A DNA stretch of 64,000 nt. It comes from Polyangiaceae bacterium. Its GTDB lineage: Bacteria; Myxococcota_A; Polyangia; Polyangiales; Polyangiaceae. Shown one piece after another: positions 17,901 through 27,061 of the stretch. The notes below the pieces were generated by a model. The model ran no database searches. It saw nothing but the letters and a program-made list of their open reading frames with translations, and was not told where the DNA came from. The position numbers and the translations under genes are program-made. The DNA is taken from the NCBI GenBank assembly GCA_033763455.1, contig JANRKO010000033.1:1-64000 (forward strand). Direction: 5' to 3'. Numbering within the stretch: the stretch's first letter is position 1; every line of letters begins with the position of its first letter.

Positions 17901-20900
17901 GACGGTGCTCTCACCATCACCGTTGATGGCCTGAATGCCGTAACCATCGGCGCCTGCACCGAACGTGATCCCCCAAGTGGCTAGTTGGCTTAGCTGGGTG
18001 GAATATTGCGCATTGATGCCAGTACTGTCCGCGAGGTTCTCGTCGTAGACGTATCGAGTGGTAAGGCCATCACCGGCCGGGATCCCGCCTTCCCCTGCGA
18101 TGGGGATGTCACCGGTGCCGAGGTTAGCGCGAGCGTGATCAACAATGAAACCCCGTGGCGTTAGCCACCGTGTGCTGTGGGTTACGCGGTCCAACTCATC
18201 GAAGCGAGTAGTGGTTTCATTCTGCGTGTCCGCATTTATCGGATCGTGAAAAGCATAGCTCTCGCCTGCCGAGAGGTTCGCCACGATGGCAGTGTGGGTG
18301 ACGTTCCCCTTGAAGTCAGTATTCGTGATTGTCCCGGAGAGGCCGTCCCGATCAATCCGCCCTTGCTCGCGGCCGCAGCACGGGTGCCACAAGGTAGTGG
18401 CTGTGTTGCCGCGAAAATCGGCGTGCTGCCGTTGCCGCCCATCGGGATAATACGTGAAAGACTCTGTCGCCGCGAGGGAACCCCCAGCTGCCTCCGTGCG
18501 GCTCGCAGGCAAGTTTCTTCCGTTGTAGGTCACGCGCTCTACGTCCAGCGTTCCCTCACTGAAGAAACGGGGACGGCGCACCTCGATGACGTTTCCCTGT
18601 GGGTCAAATGCCCACTCGGTTTTCGCTGCGATGGCTGGAACGCTCGCCGCTTCGACAGCTTGAGTGCGGCGCCCCTGCGAATCATATGCACGAGTATGTT
18701 GGATCCCGCGACCATCCGTTTCAGTGAGCACTTGACCTGCGGCGTCATGCACATTCTCGGCGATAAGATAACTTGCGTTGGCGTTGAGGTTGCGCGAAAG
18801 GCCAGCTAGGTAAAGGTCCCGAGGATCTGTGTAGCTCGTAGTTGTGCCAGCGCCGTTAGCTGTACCATTCTGGGAGCTCCCTGGGATGCGCGCAGGCACC
18901 GTGAGTGCTCCGGGGCGAGTTTCCTGAACGCTGCGCGAAACGCGGTCATTGATGTCATAGAGGTAGTGGGTTCTCCGACCGTAAGGATCCGTCTTCGATA
19001 GAACCCGATCAAACTCGTCATAAACCCAGCTTTCAACCAGTGTGCGCCCGGGGGCCACTTGGCGGCGCTGCTCCTTCAGCCGGTTCACGTGATCGTACAC
19101 GTAATCCATGCGTTCGCCTCGCGCGACTACGCTCGCCGGCAGAGACGAACCTGGAAGGTACGTTGTTGCCGTGCGGATCTCTGAAACGGTTCCGAAGGCT
19201 CGCTTCGCCTCAATCTCTCGCCCTATACCGTCATAAGTTAGCGCCTCAATATTTCCGTTCCTGTCTTTCCTCTGGACAACAAGGTTAGCGTTGCTACCCG
19301 TGCCGAAGGTCCGAGTCTCCGTGCTGGTGTCAAAATGGCTGATCTGTACCCACCTGTCGCGCGAGTCGTAGGTGTAGCTTGTCACCCGTCCCCGAGGGTC
19401 GGTTTTGCTGGTGAGCCTTCCGACCGAATCGTAGGTGAACGTGGTCACAGGTCTCGTTCCGCCAACGACGTCGGCCGCTTGGGTTTCAGAAATCAGGAAG
19501 CCGGCCGCATTGTAGGCGTAGCGGGTGTTGTGCACGTCGGGCTTGCTGGAGTCGAACAGAGCGTCGCGAGCCTCCGTAACTTGACCCCGAGAATTGTAGA
19601 CGTAAGCCCAGGTTCCTTGCGACGACGTATCAGCGCCGCGCGTTTCTTGGAGCAAGTTGCCCTTCGCATCGTAGACGCGGCGAATTTTACGCCCAATTCG
19701 ATCCACCTGCTCGAGCGGCTGCGCGAACTGGTTGTACGTGACCGTTTCGACGCTGCCATCCGGGTAGCTCGTCTGGAGCGGCTCTCCCGAAATTGGGTCT
19801 CTCGTGAATTGCGTGAGCCGCGAGAATGCATCCCGCCGACTCGTGTTCCTCTGCAGCAAGTCGTAAGTCTGCTCGTTGATGCGCCGCTCGAACGTCCAGG
19901 TGCTTGGGTCAGTACTCCAGCTCCACGTGATCGCGCGATCCACGCTGATGATGTCCCCACCATCATAGGTTAGAAGCAGCATGCGATTTCCGCCCTCGTA
20001 CACAAAGTCGCGACCGTCGGACATTTCGCCGTTCCTGTAAAAGAGCTCGCCTGCCTTGTAGACCATGCGCACGCGCTCTGGGGGTTCGCTTACAACTGTC
20101 CCATCGGGGTACGTGTAGGTGCTTCGTGAGAAATGCACGACCTCCGCACGGCTACGGGCCTCCGCTGAGGCATCAAACACTGTGTAGGTCGCCGTCTGTG
20201 TGGCCGTATCCACGCCGGTGCTGAAGGTACTTACGGTGCCGTCCGGGTGATTCACTCGAATCAAGCCCTCATAGGGCCCACCACCCGTGTCGATAGTACC
20301 GTATAGGTAGGTCACGAATTGCGCGTTGGGCAGATCAATGCGCTCAACCGCCCAGGAGCCCGAAACTGGCGTGCTCCGATACTGCACCGTAGCCTGACGT
20401 CCGTAGGCATCGGTGAGTGTCTGCTTTTGCCACAGCCGTGTCCGGTCCCCGCTCAAAGACGCTGTCGATGCGTTGGCCGCATAGCGGTGGCTCACGGATA
20501 CACTATTTCCGTTGCGATCCGTGAGCGCCGTAAGGCGCCCATATCGGCGAGGATTCTGCGAATTTGGCAGATCATCCAGCGCGAAGATCTCATAGCGTTC
20601 GGTTGTCCCGTTATGGTGCGTCAGCGTCGCCCGTTTCGCTGCCAAATAGTTGGTTCCAACGTTCACACCATTGGCATCAAACAGCTCAATTTTGCGAAAA
20701 TTCTCATCCTCGTAGTCAATGAATCCGCCACGGGCCGCGTCGTGGATGCAAAAAGTCCACTCGTCTGTGGCATTTGTGGCGTCGTAGTAGCGGACTACGC
20801 CTGGCCAAAGCTCGATTTGGCGGTCGTACGCCCCCATGGCAACGTTCGGGCCAAAGCTCCAGTGCAGCGCCCCATAGCGAAAACGGTGAAGACGCGCGAC

Positions 20901-21194
20901 TTCAAGCGCCGGAAGCTCGCCCACCTTTCCGTAGGTTGCCAACTTCCCAGAACTGCAATTCGCGCAGCCCCCTTCTGAGGCCTCCGGATGACCCGGCCGG
21001 TAATCCACCGCGTCATGCAGAAAGGCGCGCGTGCTGTTGACAATTGTGGAGCACTTGGGAGTTTTACTTCCCTCGCCTCCACCTGGGCCCGCCTCATCGT
21101 TCCTGCACGAGCTGGCACCCGCAACGCGCGGGAAGCAGCTCGCGAACACGCTAAGCAGCAGGGCCAAAGCTAGGCCGAAAGGAGGTTTATTCAT
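14964..21194 (-). CDS. Rhs/YD-repeat protein, 2076 aa, with signal peptide, inserted carbohydrate-binding-like domain and Cys-rich C-terminal tip
   Basis: Many YD repeats; core GFTGRYHD.ETGL.YFRARY..LGRFVGRDPLG...DPTG; hydrophobic N-terminus ending AGA. Confidence 0.95.
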   Translation of the reverse strand: MNKPPFGLALALLLSVFASCFPRVAGASSCRNDEAGPGGGEGSKTPKCSTIVNSTRAFLHDAVDYRPGHPEASEGGCANCSSGKLATYGKVGELPALEVARLHRFRYGALHWSFGPNVAMGAYDRQIELWPGVVRYYDATNATDEWTFCIHDAARGGFIDYEDENFRKIELFDANGVNVGTNYLAAKRATLTHHNGTTERYEIFALDDLPNSQNPRRYGRLTALTDRNGNSVSVSHRYAANASTASLSGDRTRLWQKQTLTDAYGRQATVQYRSTPVSGSWAVERIDLPNAQFVTYLYGTIDTGGGPYEGLIRVNHPDGTVSTFSTGVDTATQTATYTVFDASAEARSRAEVVHFSRSTYTYPDGTVVSEPPERVRMVYKAGELFYRNGEMSDGRDFVYEGGNRMLLLTYDGGDIISVDRAITWSWSTDPSTWTFERRINEQTYDLLQRNTSRRDAFSRLTQFTRDPISGEPLQTSYPDGSVETVTYNQFAQPLEQVDRIGRKIRRVYDAKGNLLQETRGADTSSQGTWAYVYNSRGQVTEARDALFDSSKPDVHNTRYAYNAAGFLISETQAADVVGGTRPVTTFTYDSVGRLTSKTDPRGRVTSYTYDSRDRWVQISHFDTSTETRTFGTGSNANLVVQRKDRNGNIEALTYDGIGREIEAKRAFGTVSEIRTATTYLPGSSLPASVVARGERMDYVYDHVNRLKEQRRQVAPGRTLVESWVYDEFDRVLSKTDPYGRRTHYLYDINDRVSRSVQETRPGALTVPARIPGSSQNGTANGAGTTTSYTDPRDLYLAGLSRNLNANASYLIAENVHDAAGQVLTETDGRGIQHTRAYDSQGRRTQAVEAASVPAIAAKTEWAFDPQGNVIEVRRPRFFSEGTLDVERVTYNGRNLPASRTEAAGGSLAATESFTYYPDGRQRQHADFRGNTATTLWHPCCGREQGRIDRDGLSGTITNTDFKGNVTHTAIVANLSAGESYAFHDPINADTQNETTTRFDELDRVTHSTRWLTPRGFIVDHARANLGTGDIPIAGEGGIPAGDGLTTRYVYDENLADSTGINAQYSTQLSQLATWGITFGAGADGYGIQAINGDGESTVTLYDGAARKVATILGDGQISEAILYDQMVNGLLVTTTIDALNHRRSVHTDGAGRTLRTIDAQDCATEFSVDANGNVVKVRDPNFTGQDCSFDARNRQTVCTDTQGDSRFTLYDAQGNVVQTVDALGVAALGGPSAYPSSSQSPFTVSIVGASSVTFDARNRKASDRDRVAGVTGYAYDSNNNLTSMTDAEGGVTAYDYNSRNLLVAERMPGHNATTNYDQRLYSYDAARRMTSRDDQKRDITTFSYDLANRLLGRVYPDGLNDTFTYDRADRMLSANSARYDVQVNRVYNDDGTLAQETQRVNGVDRVVQRSYDASNRNTQLTYPDGSQVNRTYTDRNQLASTKLGTSLIASRSYDAGMRLTRTTFGNSLLEDRAYRTDNLVASITTTGINQLTYTYDRNKRVTQESNPLLPPEALTYGYDAENRLLDWKRGPVSTPAQTQSWNLSLVGDWQSTTRDGALETRTHNPVHEIVSLTKQAQPTVNFTHDPKGNLNGTEAGQALTWDFENRLAGAGAPPSAAPAPIKINFQPAAAQVPSGYLVDAGQLYGSRGNGQTYGWSLDRTTDTRERNANSDQRYDTLVHMKRLNQVPAANWDLALPNGQYTVRLVMGDPSFQDQTNNIKIEGVAYTDLDPYDDDQEVDAFGDFDDVTRTVTITDGKLTLSPGTDCYNTKLMFIEVTPVGSGGGSSTPGLAAASYKYDALGRRLQKTTGGVTTTFVHDGDQVVAEYEGSTLKRRYIYGTYIDEPLAMMTSSGTLYYHQNRIYSVMAMTNSSGQLAERYGYTPYGKRRVVSPGGTTLAASALGNQVGFTGRYHDGETGLTYFRARYQDAELGRFVGRDPLGKVDGPSTYANYFVPQGVDPTGQEEFDFTEWLKRRAVQVGEWTARWWYNRQLDNAFPVDECSRNQPRVQETQLRKCSIWCSPIPKGYRDPKCPPELNVLVEGTESQVVQKDCATGKWQVVYESGWAGCSAKCPEGYSK

Positions 21195-21748
21195 CGCTCA
21201 ATCTCCACCGTGAAGGTGGCCGAGCCACTCATCTGAGGTGACATCGCCACCACATCCACGAACCCTCGTGCGTCCTCCGTGGCTCGGAAGACGGCTGTTG
21301 CCGTGCCAGCCTGATCGGCCTTCACTTCGACAATAATGGAGCCGCCCACGAACTTCCCCCCGTCTGCCGTTCGGAAAATGACTGAAGTTCCTGCCGGGGC
21401 GATTACCCCGAGAGGCACCTCACCATTTTGCTTAACTTTTACCAATCCCGCATCACGCGGTCGGATGGGGGTGACCTCGACACCGGGAGCCATTGGACGC
21501 GAGAATGCTGTTTCCAGCTCGCGCATGCGCGTTTGGCCATTTGGCGTGAGAACGTCTTGAGGGTTAAGGGGACCCACCAACGCTATTTTGGGGGAAGCAT
21601 GCGCGGAGACAGACGTGCTGGGAATGGCTTCGCTAGCGCAGCCCAGCATCAACACCATACCCGTTAGGGCAGCCCCTACAACCGCACCAACTCCGCTAAA
21701 CCACGACATACCGTCCTCGCAATTGCCCGCCATAGTCCCGCCTTTCAT
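21191..21748 (-). CDS. Lipoprotein with Ig-like beta-sandwich, translationally coupled to Rhs
   Basis: Lipobox MLGC; V.AD..G.A.A.F.AT pattern; ATGA overlap with the Rhs start. Confidence 0.75.
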   Translation of the reverse strand: MKGGTMAGNCEDGMSWFSGVGAVVGAALTGMVLMLGCASEAIPSTSVSAHASPKIALVGPLNPQDVLTPNGQTRMRELETAFSRPMAPGVEVTPIRPRDAGLVKVKQNGEVPLGVIAPAGTSVIFRTADGGKFVGGSIIVEVKADQAGTATAVFRATEDARGFVDVVAMSPQMSGSATFTVEIER

Positions 21749-22304
21749 TGTGTTAACCTTCTTCTAGCTCGCTCAAGATGTCTGAGCAAGTGACATTTTG
21801 GTTCGCATCTGCGTTCGGCCGAGAACCAGAAATTACATCATCCTAACTCACGCCATGTGACAATGTTCGAGCCTTCTATCTGAAACCTCTTTTACTCGCA
21901 CTATGAAGAGAATGGGTTAGGGATAACCCTCGCGCGCACGAGAGCAGTTCCCCCATTCGCTACAAGGCGTTCAAATTTGAGGAGCCGGGGCGGCCCAACA
22001 ACCACATGACTCTGTGCTCTCCGATCCAGGAGACCCTGCGAGATCAGCCGTGCACCCCCATCGGGCTGCCGCAAGAAACCCGCCGCCGTGCACGCCTACT
22101 TCTTGTGCAATAAAATATTGCCCGGAAATATTGGCCGAAGCGCGTTCACAGCGGAAAAACAGCCAAACCGGGTGAAATTCTGCGCATTAAAAAATAATAA
22201 GAATATTCATCGGCCGGAGAAGGGTTCGAGAGCGAGCGCGCCCGGCTAAGACACAAGGCATTCGCCTTCTACCCAGCTGCGCCTGTCGGAGTTAGAATCC
22301 GCGG

Positions 22305-23048
22305 ATGGTAACGTTCGACATTGACGCCGCCGTTCTAAGTCTCAACCGCGCTGCCATTGCGGCCGGCGCCATCCCCGACGATGACGAACGGCAACCTGGC
22401 CCCACCGAAACTGCTGAATTTCACCTGCATGGTTACGGTTCGACTACTTGCACGAAGAGCCCATGCCGAGCCGCGGGTTTGTGTCATGCGCTATATGAAG
22501 TCGTCCAGTACCGTAGGGAAGCGGCGAACGAAGAAATCATTGAGGCTGCCGATGCAACGGAGCTCATGCGTAAAGCCTTCCGAAAGTACGGCGACAAATA
22601 CATGAAGACGCTCGAAGCACTTTCCGCCCGGAGCGATCAACGCCACCGGCAGCTCCGTGCCTTGGGGCGAAAGGAACCGAGATCTGAGCACGAAACCCTT
22701 TGTCGCCTTCCAGAGCGTGCGATCATCGAAATGTCCGCACTCCGCAGCACATTGGAAGAGCTCGAAGAGCGCCTCCGAGGGTATAATTCGAGCTTTGAAC
22801 TTCAACAGTCACGCGACAAGCGCTCAGCTGACCTGCTACTCACCGCTGTGTATCAACACCTACGCTGGGGCGGGCTGACGTACTCAGAAATCGCGCGCCT
22901 AGTACCGGACGGGCGCGGGTCGAGAGGGGAGATAGCTCGCATTCGTGACAGGATTAAATCACCGAATCAGCGGTCGATGATGCCCCGCGAATTGCTGGGG
23001 CAACCGAGGCGGCCAGGACGAAAGAAAGCGCGGGCAAAAGCACACTGA
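22305..23048 (+). CDS. Hypothetical protein with coiled coil and C-terminal HTH-like motif
   Basis: 247-aa ORF; GLTYSEIARLV. Confidence 0.6.
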   Translation: MVTFDIDAAVLSLNRAAIAAGAIPDDDERQPGPTETAEFHLHGYGSTTCTKSPCRAAGLCHALYEVVQYRREAANEEIIEAADATELMRKAFRKYGDKYMKTLEALSARSDQRHRQLRALGRKEPRSEHETLCRLPERAIIEMSALRSTLEELEERLRGYNSSFELQQSRDKRSADLLLTAVYQHLRWGGLTYSEIARLVPDGRGSRGEIARIRDRIKSPNQRSMMPRELLGQPRRPGRKKARAKAH

Positions 23049-23300
23049 CACCGGCGCTGCGACGATTCCCACCTAACAGCACCCGAACAGGCACCTCGCG
23101 GAAATTCTTTGCGCCGAGATTTCTGTCGCTTTCCTTGTTTGGAAGCAACGCCTAGCCGCCCCAATAGCGAGCGCGTGCACCTGAGCAACGCGACGTGGAG
23201 AAACCATCGGGCTCCCTTTTCTCCACTTACGCCCCTTGAGGGAACGCTCCAAACTGCTGCTGCCAAAGGGCAATTAACTTTACTCCTAAGGAAAGCTAAA

Positions 23301-23660
23301 ATGAAGCTATTACAGCGTACTCAGACATCCGCAGCGACGCGCACGACCCCCCATTCCGACAACAAGGTTCTTCGCGAAAACGACACCAGTGATATCGCAA
23401 ACTTCGCACATGCGTCGTTGTTAGCGCCTCGCGAACCCCCACACCCGCGGGCGACTCAGGCATTGGCAAACCTGCAGCGCACCCCCAACACGGCGCCAGC
23501 GCATGGCCCGACTTCCCCTCCACGAAAGAACACACTCTGGCCGTGGCTCGCGCTTCTAGGTGGCGGGAGCCTGCTTTCAGTCCTTTTGCGCGGTGGCTCT
23601 GAATGGGACCCCTCGGTGAACCGCTACCGGCGCCCGAATGGCAGGTTCAAGCGTCGGTGA
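23301..23660 (+). CDS. Hypothetical protein with one TM segment and a basic tail
   Basis: AAGGA RBS; LWPWLALLGGGSLLSVLL followed by WDPSVNRYRRPNGRFKRR. Confidence 0.55.
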   Translation: MKLLQRTQTSAATRTTPHSDNKVLRENDTSDIANFAHASLLAPREPPHPRATQALANLQRTPNTAPAHGPTSPPRKNTLWPWLALLGGGSLLSVLLRGGSEWDPSVNRYRRPNGRFKRR

Positions 23661-23784
23661 CGCGTCGGTGCGCACGTCGCCACATCAGTGAATCCGCTCT
23701 GTTTTGCTCCGCACTACCTGGGAGGCTAAACATCCCACCTCTGAGGTAGTGCCTGGCGCCAACGCTCCTTTCTATCTGACACCC

Positions 23785-24561
23785 TCAAACGAACTCCGCC
23801 CGACTTCGCAAGATATTCACGACCTCATCAACCTTGCTCGGATCGGGCACGCGTTCCTTCGCAGATATCAGTTCTACAACCTGTGGACCCATCACTAAGA
23901 GCAAACCAAGACCGCAAGTTTGCAACTTCTTATTCAGCAGATGGCTATCCCAATGTTTAACCGAAGGCTGCCACGCGTGCGAGTCCAAGTACTCCACTGC
24001 CATTGCTGGAGTGCACGCCATATAGACCTGCGTCGCATACTCACCAAACGTGGTCATCTGATCGAGCCCCCTTTTTAGCTGGGCCGTGTCATTCTTCAAC
24101 TCGACAGCGACGACGCTTGGGGCGCGAAGCCACCTCCCTTGTCGATATCCAACAAGATCGGCACGCTTCGTTCCCATGGCTACTTCCGCATAAGGAGTTA
24201 GCTTGGAGCTTCGTAGCCATTGAGCTACAGGCCTCGCGAGCTCGACCTCGTTCTTTACTGCCGCAAAATGGCCAAAAACATCACGATTCGTGAGATTGGA
24301 ACGCCAAATACACGCTACAAGAATTACTGGAATAGGCACTCCGTACCAAAGTGAACTTCTCACATTCTGGAGGTGGGTCGCCTGCGCGTCGATGAGAGCT
24401 ATCTTCTGTTCCAGGGGAAGGCGGTTCAGCTGCGCTGGCTTACCTGGCACGTCGAGTTCCGCGAGAAGCGCTTTCACTACAACTTCTTGCAACAAAAGGG
24501 CGCGTAGGTAGTGGCCGGGAAGGTAGCAGTAGAATGCTGAATCATCGATACGAAGTGCCAT
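23785..24561 (-). CDS. PD-(D/E)XK restriction-endonuclease-like protein
   Basis: EVEL..., YAEV...RADLVG, VAVELK, GLDQMTTF, ATQVYMA. Confidence 0.7.
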   Translation of the reverse strand: MALRIDDSAFYCYLPGHYLRALLLQEVVVKALLAELDVPGKPAQLNRLPLEQKIALIDAQATHLQNVRSSLWYGVPIPVILVACIWRSNLTNRDVFGHFAAVKNEVELARPVAQWLRSSKLTPYAEVAMGTKRADLVGYRQGRWLRAPSVVAVELKNDTAQLKRGLDQMTTFGEYATQVYMACTPAMAVEYLDSHAWQPSVKHWDSHLLNKKLQTCGLGLLLVMGPQVVELISAKERVPDPSKVDEVVNILRSRAEFV

Positions 24562-24633
24562 CGGTCCTATTTCAATTAGATGCCTATTTGAGCGCACTCA
24601 GAGGCGAATCGGGCGGCGAGCTGAAGCCCCGTC

Positions 24634-25410
24634 TCAGTTACACCGCCCGTCGTGGCAGGAGCCGTTTGGGCAAACGTTCCCGCATGCGCCACAGTTATTC
24701 GGGTTGAACTGAACGTCGATGCAGCTATTTCCGCAACAAGCCTGCAACGACAGACCCGAACAAAAGGGTGCAAGAACACGCCAGCCTCCATCTGTCCGAC
24801 AGACAACTGGCTGACCGTTGACGCACGTCGTCTCGCCCGCCCAGAGGTTACCCGGGCACGGCACACACTGCGACGGCACTTCGGCCCCGTCTACACAAAC
24901 GCCACCTTCGACCACACAAGCGCCACCACAGGCTACTACCGTGGTGGCACCACCCACGCTGCTTGCGGATCCGCCAACCCCAGAAGTTGGCGCGCCTCCA
25001 GAAGCGCCCCCTGAGTTAACTCCACCACTTGCGTCGGCCCCACCACCCGTACCAATACCAGCCGAACCGATGCTCCCACCTGCAGCAGGTGCTCCACCGA
25101 GTGAGATTGCGCCAAGTCCGCCTGCATTGATAGAACGCCCCCCGCCTCCTGTCGTAGATGCGACCGCACCGCCAGCGTTCGAATTGGCGCCGCCGCCTGC
25201 CCCGCTCTTACCGCTCGATACCGCCGAACCGCCAAGCGCCGATCCGCGGCCGCCTAGCACCATTCCACCTGCCCCTAGCAGGCGCCCCCCTGATGACACT
25301 GCGTCACCACCCTGTGCGGGGACGGGCATCGCCGGGCCGCCCGAAGAGCACGCAGCGGCAAGGAACAACCACACAAGGGATCTGAAAAGCTTTTCGCGTC
25401 TCGTAGCCAT
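24634..25410 (-). CDS. Lipoprotein with Gly-rich linker and Cys-rich C-terminus (start 25410 or 25533)
   Basis: Lipobox AAAC; C.D...NPNNCGACGNVCP..SC..G.C (STIG1-like repeat typical of myxobacteria). Confidence 0.75.
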   Translation of the reverse strand: MATRREKLFRSLVWLFLAAACSSGGPAMPVPAQGGDAVSSGGRLLGAGGMVLGGRGSALGGSAVSSGKSGAGGGANSNAGGAVASTTGGGGRSINAGGLGAISLGGAPAAGGSIGSAGIGTGGGADASGGVNSGGASGGAPTSGVGGSASSVGGATTVVACGGACVVEGGVCVDGAEVPSQCVPCPGNLWAGETTCVNGQPVVCRTDGGWRVLAPFCSGLSLQACCGNSCIDVQFNPNNCGACGNVCPNGSCHDGRCN

Positions 25411-25532
25411 CCAATAGATGGTTCTACACAATCTACTGGATGCTCGCGCAGACGCGCCTCCAGAGTAAGTTGGTTTATCGGCTGCCCCGAACCCACCGAC
25501 TGCGCCAGGGTAGTGTTTGAACTTGGGCTTCA

Positions 25533-26129
25533 TCACTGGCACTCCTCGGTTTGGTAAATGGGCTCGATGCGGCAAGTTAACGTCCCGTCGCAGTTCAGAT
25601 CGAAGCTATCAGGCAACCACACCGTGGTCCCTGGATGGACGTCATCGCTCTGATCGAAGCAATCATCACCATTGGTCGCCCAGCCTTTGGGCGCGGGTAG
25701 ATCGCCACATATCGGCTCACCGGCCCCATAGCCATCGCCGTCCTCGTCGCGATACCAGCAAGTGATTCCGGGGCTTCCGCCGCCTCCGGCTGTACCGCTG
25801 GCGCCTGCTGTCTCTACAGTACCAGCCGAGCCGCTGGCTCCACCTACAACAAGCGCCCCCCCAATGGTGGCACCACCGTCGGGCGTGTTGCCCCCCGCGC
25901 TCGGCGCTCCACCCGATCCGGACATCCCGCCGAGGCTTGGCGTCCCGCCGAGGCCGAGCATCCCGCCGAGACCGAGCATCCCGCCGACGTTACGTGCACT
26001 GCCAAGGCCCTGGCCACCCATTGCGGCGAGGCTTCCGCCCGCGCCAGGCGTCGGTGATGAGGAACTCCCCGACGAGCATGCAAAGACAACCAGCACCAAC
26101 AGACACGAAGCTAAGCTCTTGGAATACAC
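25533..26129 (-). CDS. Lipoprotein with Gly-rich linker and a putative metal-binding motif
   Basis: Lipobox VFAC; WYRDEDGDGYG...DDCFD....VHPG...DLNCDG; 18-bp GGMLGL repeats near 25920-25990. Confidence 0.8.
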   Translation of the reverse strand: MYSKSLASCLLVLVVFACSSGSSSSPTPGAGGSLAAMGGQGLGSARNVGGMLGLGGMLGLGGTPSLGGMSGSGGAPSAGGNTPDGGATIGGALVVGGASGSAGTVETAGASGTAGGGGSPGITCWYRDEDGDGYGAGEPICGDLPAPKGWATNGDDCFDQSDDVHPGTTVWLPDSFDLNCDGTLTCRIEPIYQTEECQ

Positions 26130-26258
26130 CCTTGGGCCTCCTTTTATCTTCCGAATCCTCGGTGCAGAACGACTGTTAGGGGCTCAATGTCTCCGGTGCG
26201 TCGCCTTCAGCGGGCTTGGGACTGTGAGCAGTGAAGCACCACCCAATTCTGCATAATT

Positions 26259-26302
26259 CCACCTATCGGTAATATTGTAAATACTTTTATTACCCATAGT
26301 GG
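26259..26302. promoter_or_regulatory. AT-rich imperfect inverted repeat; probable XRE operator
   Basis: CCACCTATCGGTAAT ... ATTACCCATAGTGG between divergent genes. Confidence 0.5.
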
Positions 26303-26339
26303 ATTCTTACCCGCGCACACCACACCGATCCTTCCGGTC

Positions 26340-26678
26340 GTGGAACCCGACCCTTTCCTTCGGTCCCTCGGCGGTCGCGTCCGTGACCTACGCCTGGCCG
26401 CGAATCTCAAACAAGAGGACCTCGCGACGGCGGCTGGTATCAGTGCTAAGTACGTGTCCCAACTGGAGAATGGCCACGTTAACCCTTCGATCGGGGTCCT
26501 GCGAGCTCTGGCCGAGGATGGGCTAAAGGTACAGCTAGCCGCCCTGTTCAATTTCGACCTTGACCACACTGAGGCCACCGCCGTTGCGCGCGAAGTCGCG
26601 AGCCTTCTCAGTGCTCAACCCAAGAGAGTCCGGCGGCGTTGCCTTGCTGCCTTACGCGCCTTTTGCGAGGGGTCCTGA
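26340..26678 (+). CDS. XRE-family HTH transcriptional regulator
   Basis: LGGRVRDLR..LKQEDLA..AGIS.KYVSQLENG..NPS. Confidence 0.92.
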   Translation: MEPDPFLRSLGGRVRDLRLAANLKQEDLATAAGISAKYVSQLENGHVNPSIGVLRALAEDGLKVQLAALFNFDLDHTEATAVAREVASLLSAQPKRVRRRCLAALRAFCEGS

Positions 26679-26833
26679 AACCAGGCACCGCTCGCGCCCC
26701 ACGAGCGAACTACGATCCCCATACGCACCCGATGGCCCCGAGCCCGCTCAACGTGGAGAAACCACCCCACCCCCTTTCCTCCACCTGACACCGCACCGCG
26801 CCGCCCCCACCCTAATCGGCGGACCCCACCGCC

Positions 26834-27061
26834 GTGCCCGCCAAGCCATTCGCCCCTTCTGCCGCTCAGCCCTTGCCGGAGCTCCTCACGCCCAACGAGG
26901 TCGCCGCATGGCTGAAAACCAGCGTGAAAGCTGTGTATGCGAAGGCGGAACGCGGGACTCTCCCGGGGGCCACGCGCGTCGGTCGACGCCTCTACTTCAT
27001 TCGCACCGATCTGCTAGCTTTGGTCGAGCAAGGTCGCGTGCCGCACTTAGGAGGCCCCTAG
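26834..27061 (+). CDS. Excisionase / recombination directionality factor (HTH_17-like)
   Basis: LLTPNEVAAWL..S.K.VY....RG.LP...RVGR; stop overlaps the int start. Confidence 0.85.
   Translation: MPAKPFAPSAAQPLPELLTPNEVAAWLKTSVKAVYAKAERGTLPGATRVGRRLYFIRTDLLALVEQGRVPHLGGP

Noticed and set aside
21842..23080. Integron attC-like sites (CCTAAC...GTTAGG at 21842-21922; ACCTAAC at 23071)
   Set aside because: First does not fit RYYYAAC/GTTRRRY, second has no partner box; the integrase is phage-type with an adjacent xis
26560..27060. N-terminal extension of the 524-aa integrase ORF
   Set aside because: Overlaps the XRE and xis genes; GTG 27061 has a GGAGG RBS and gives a typical integrase length
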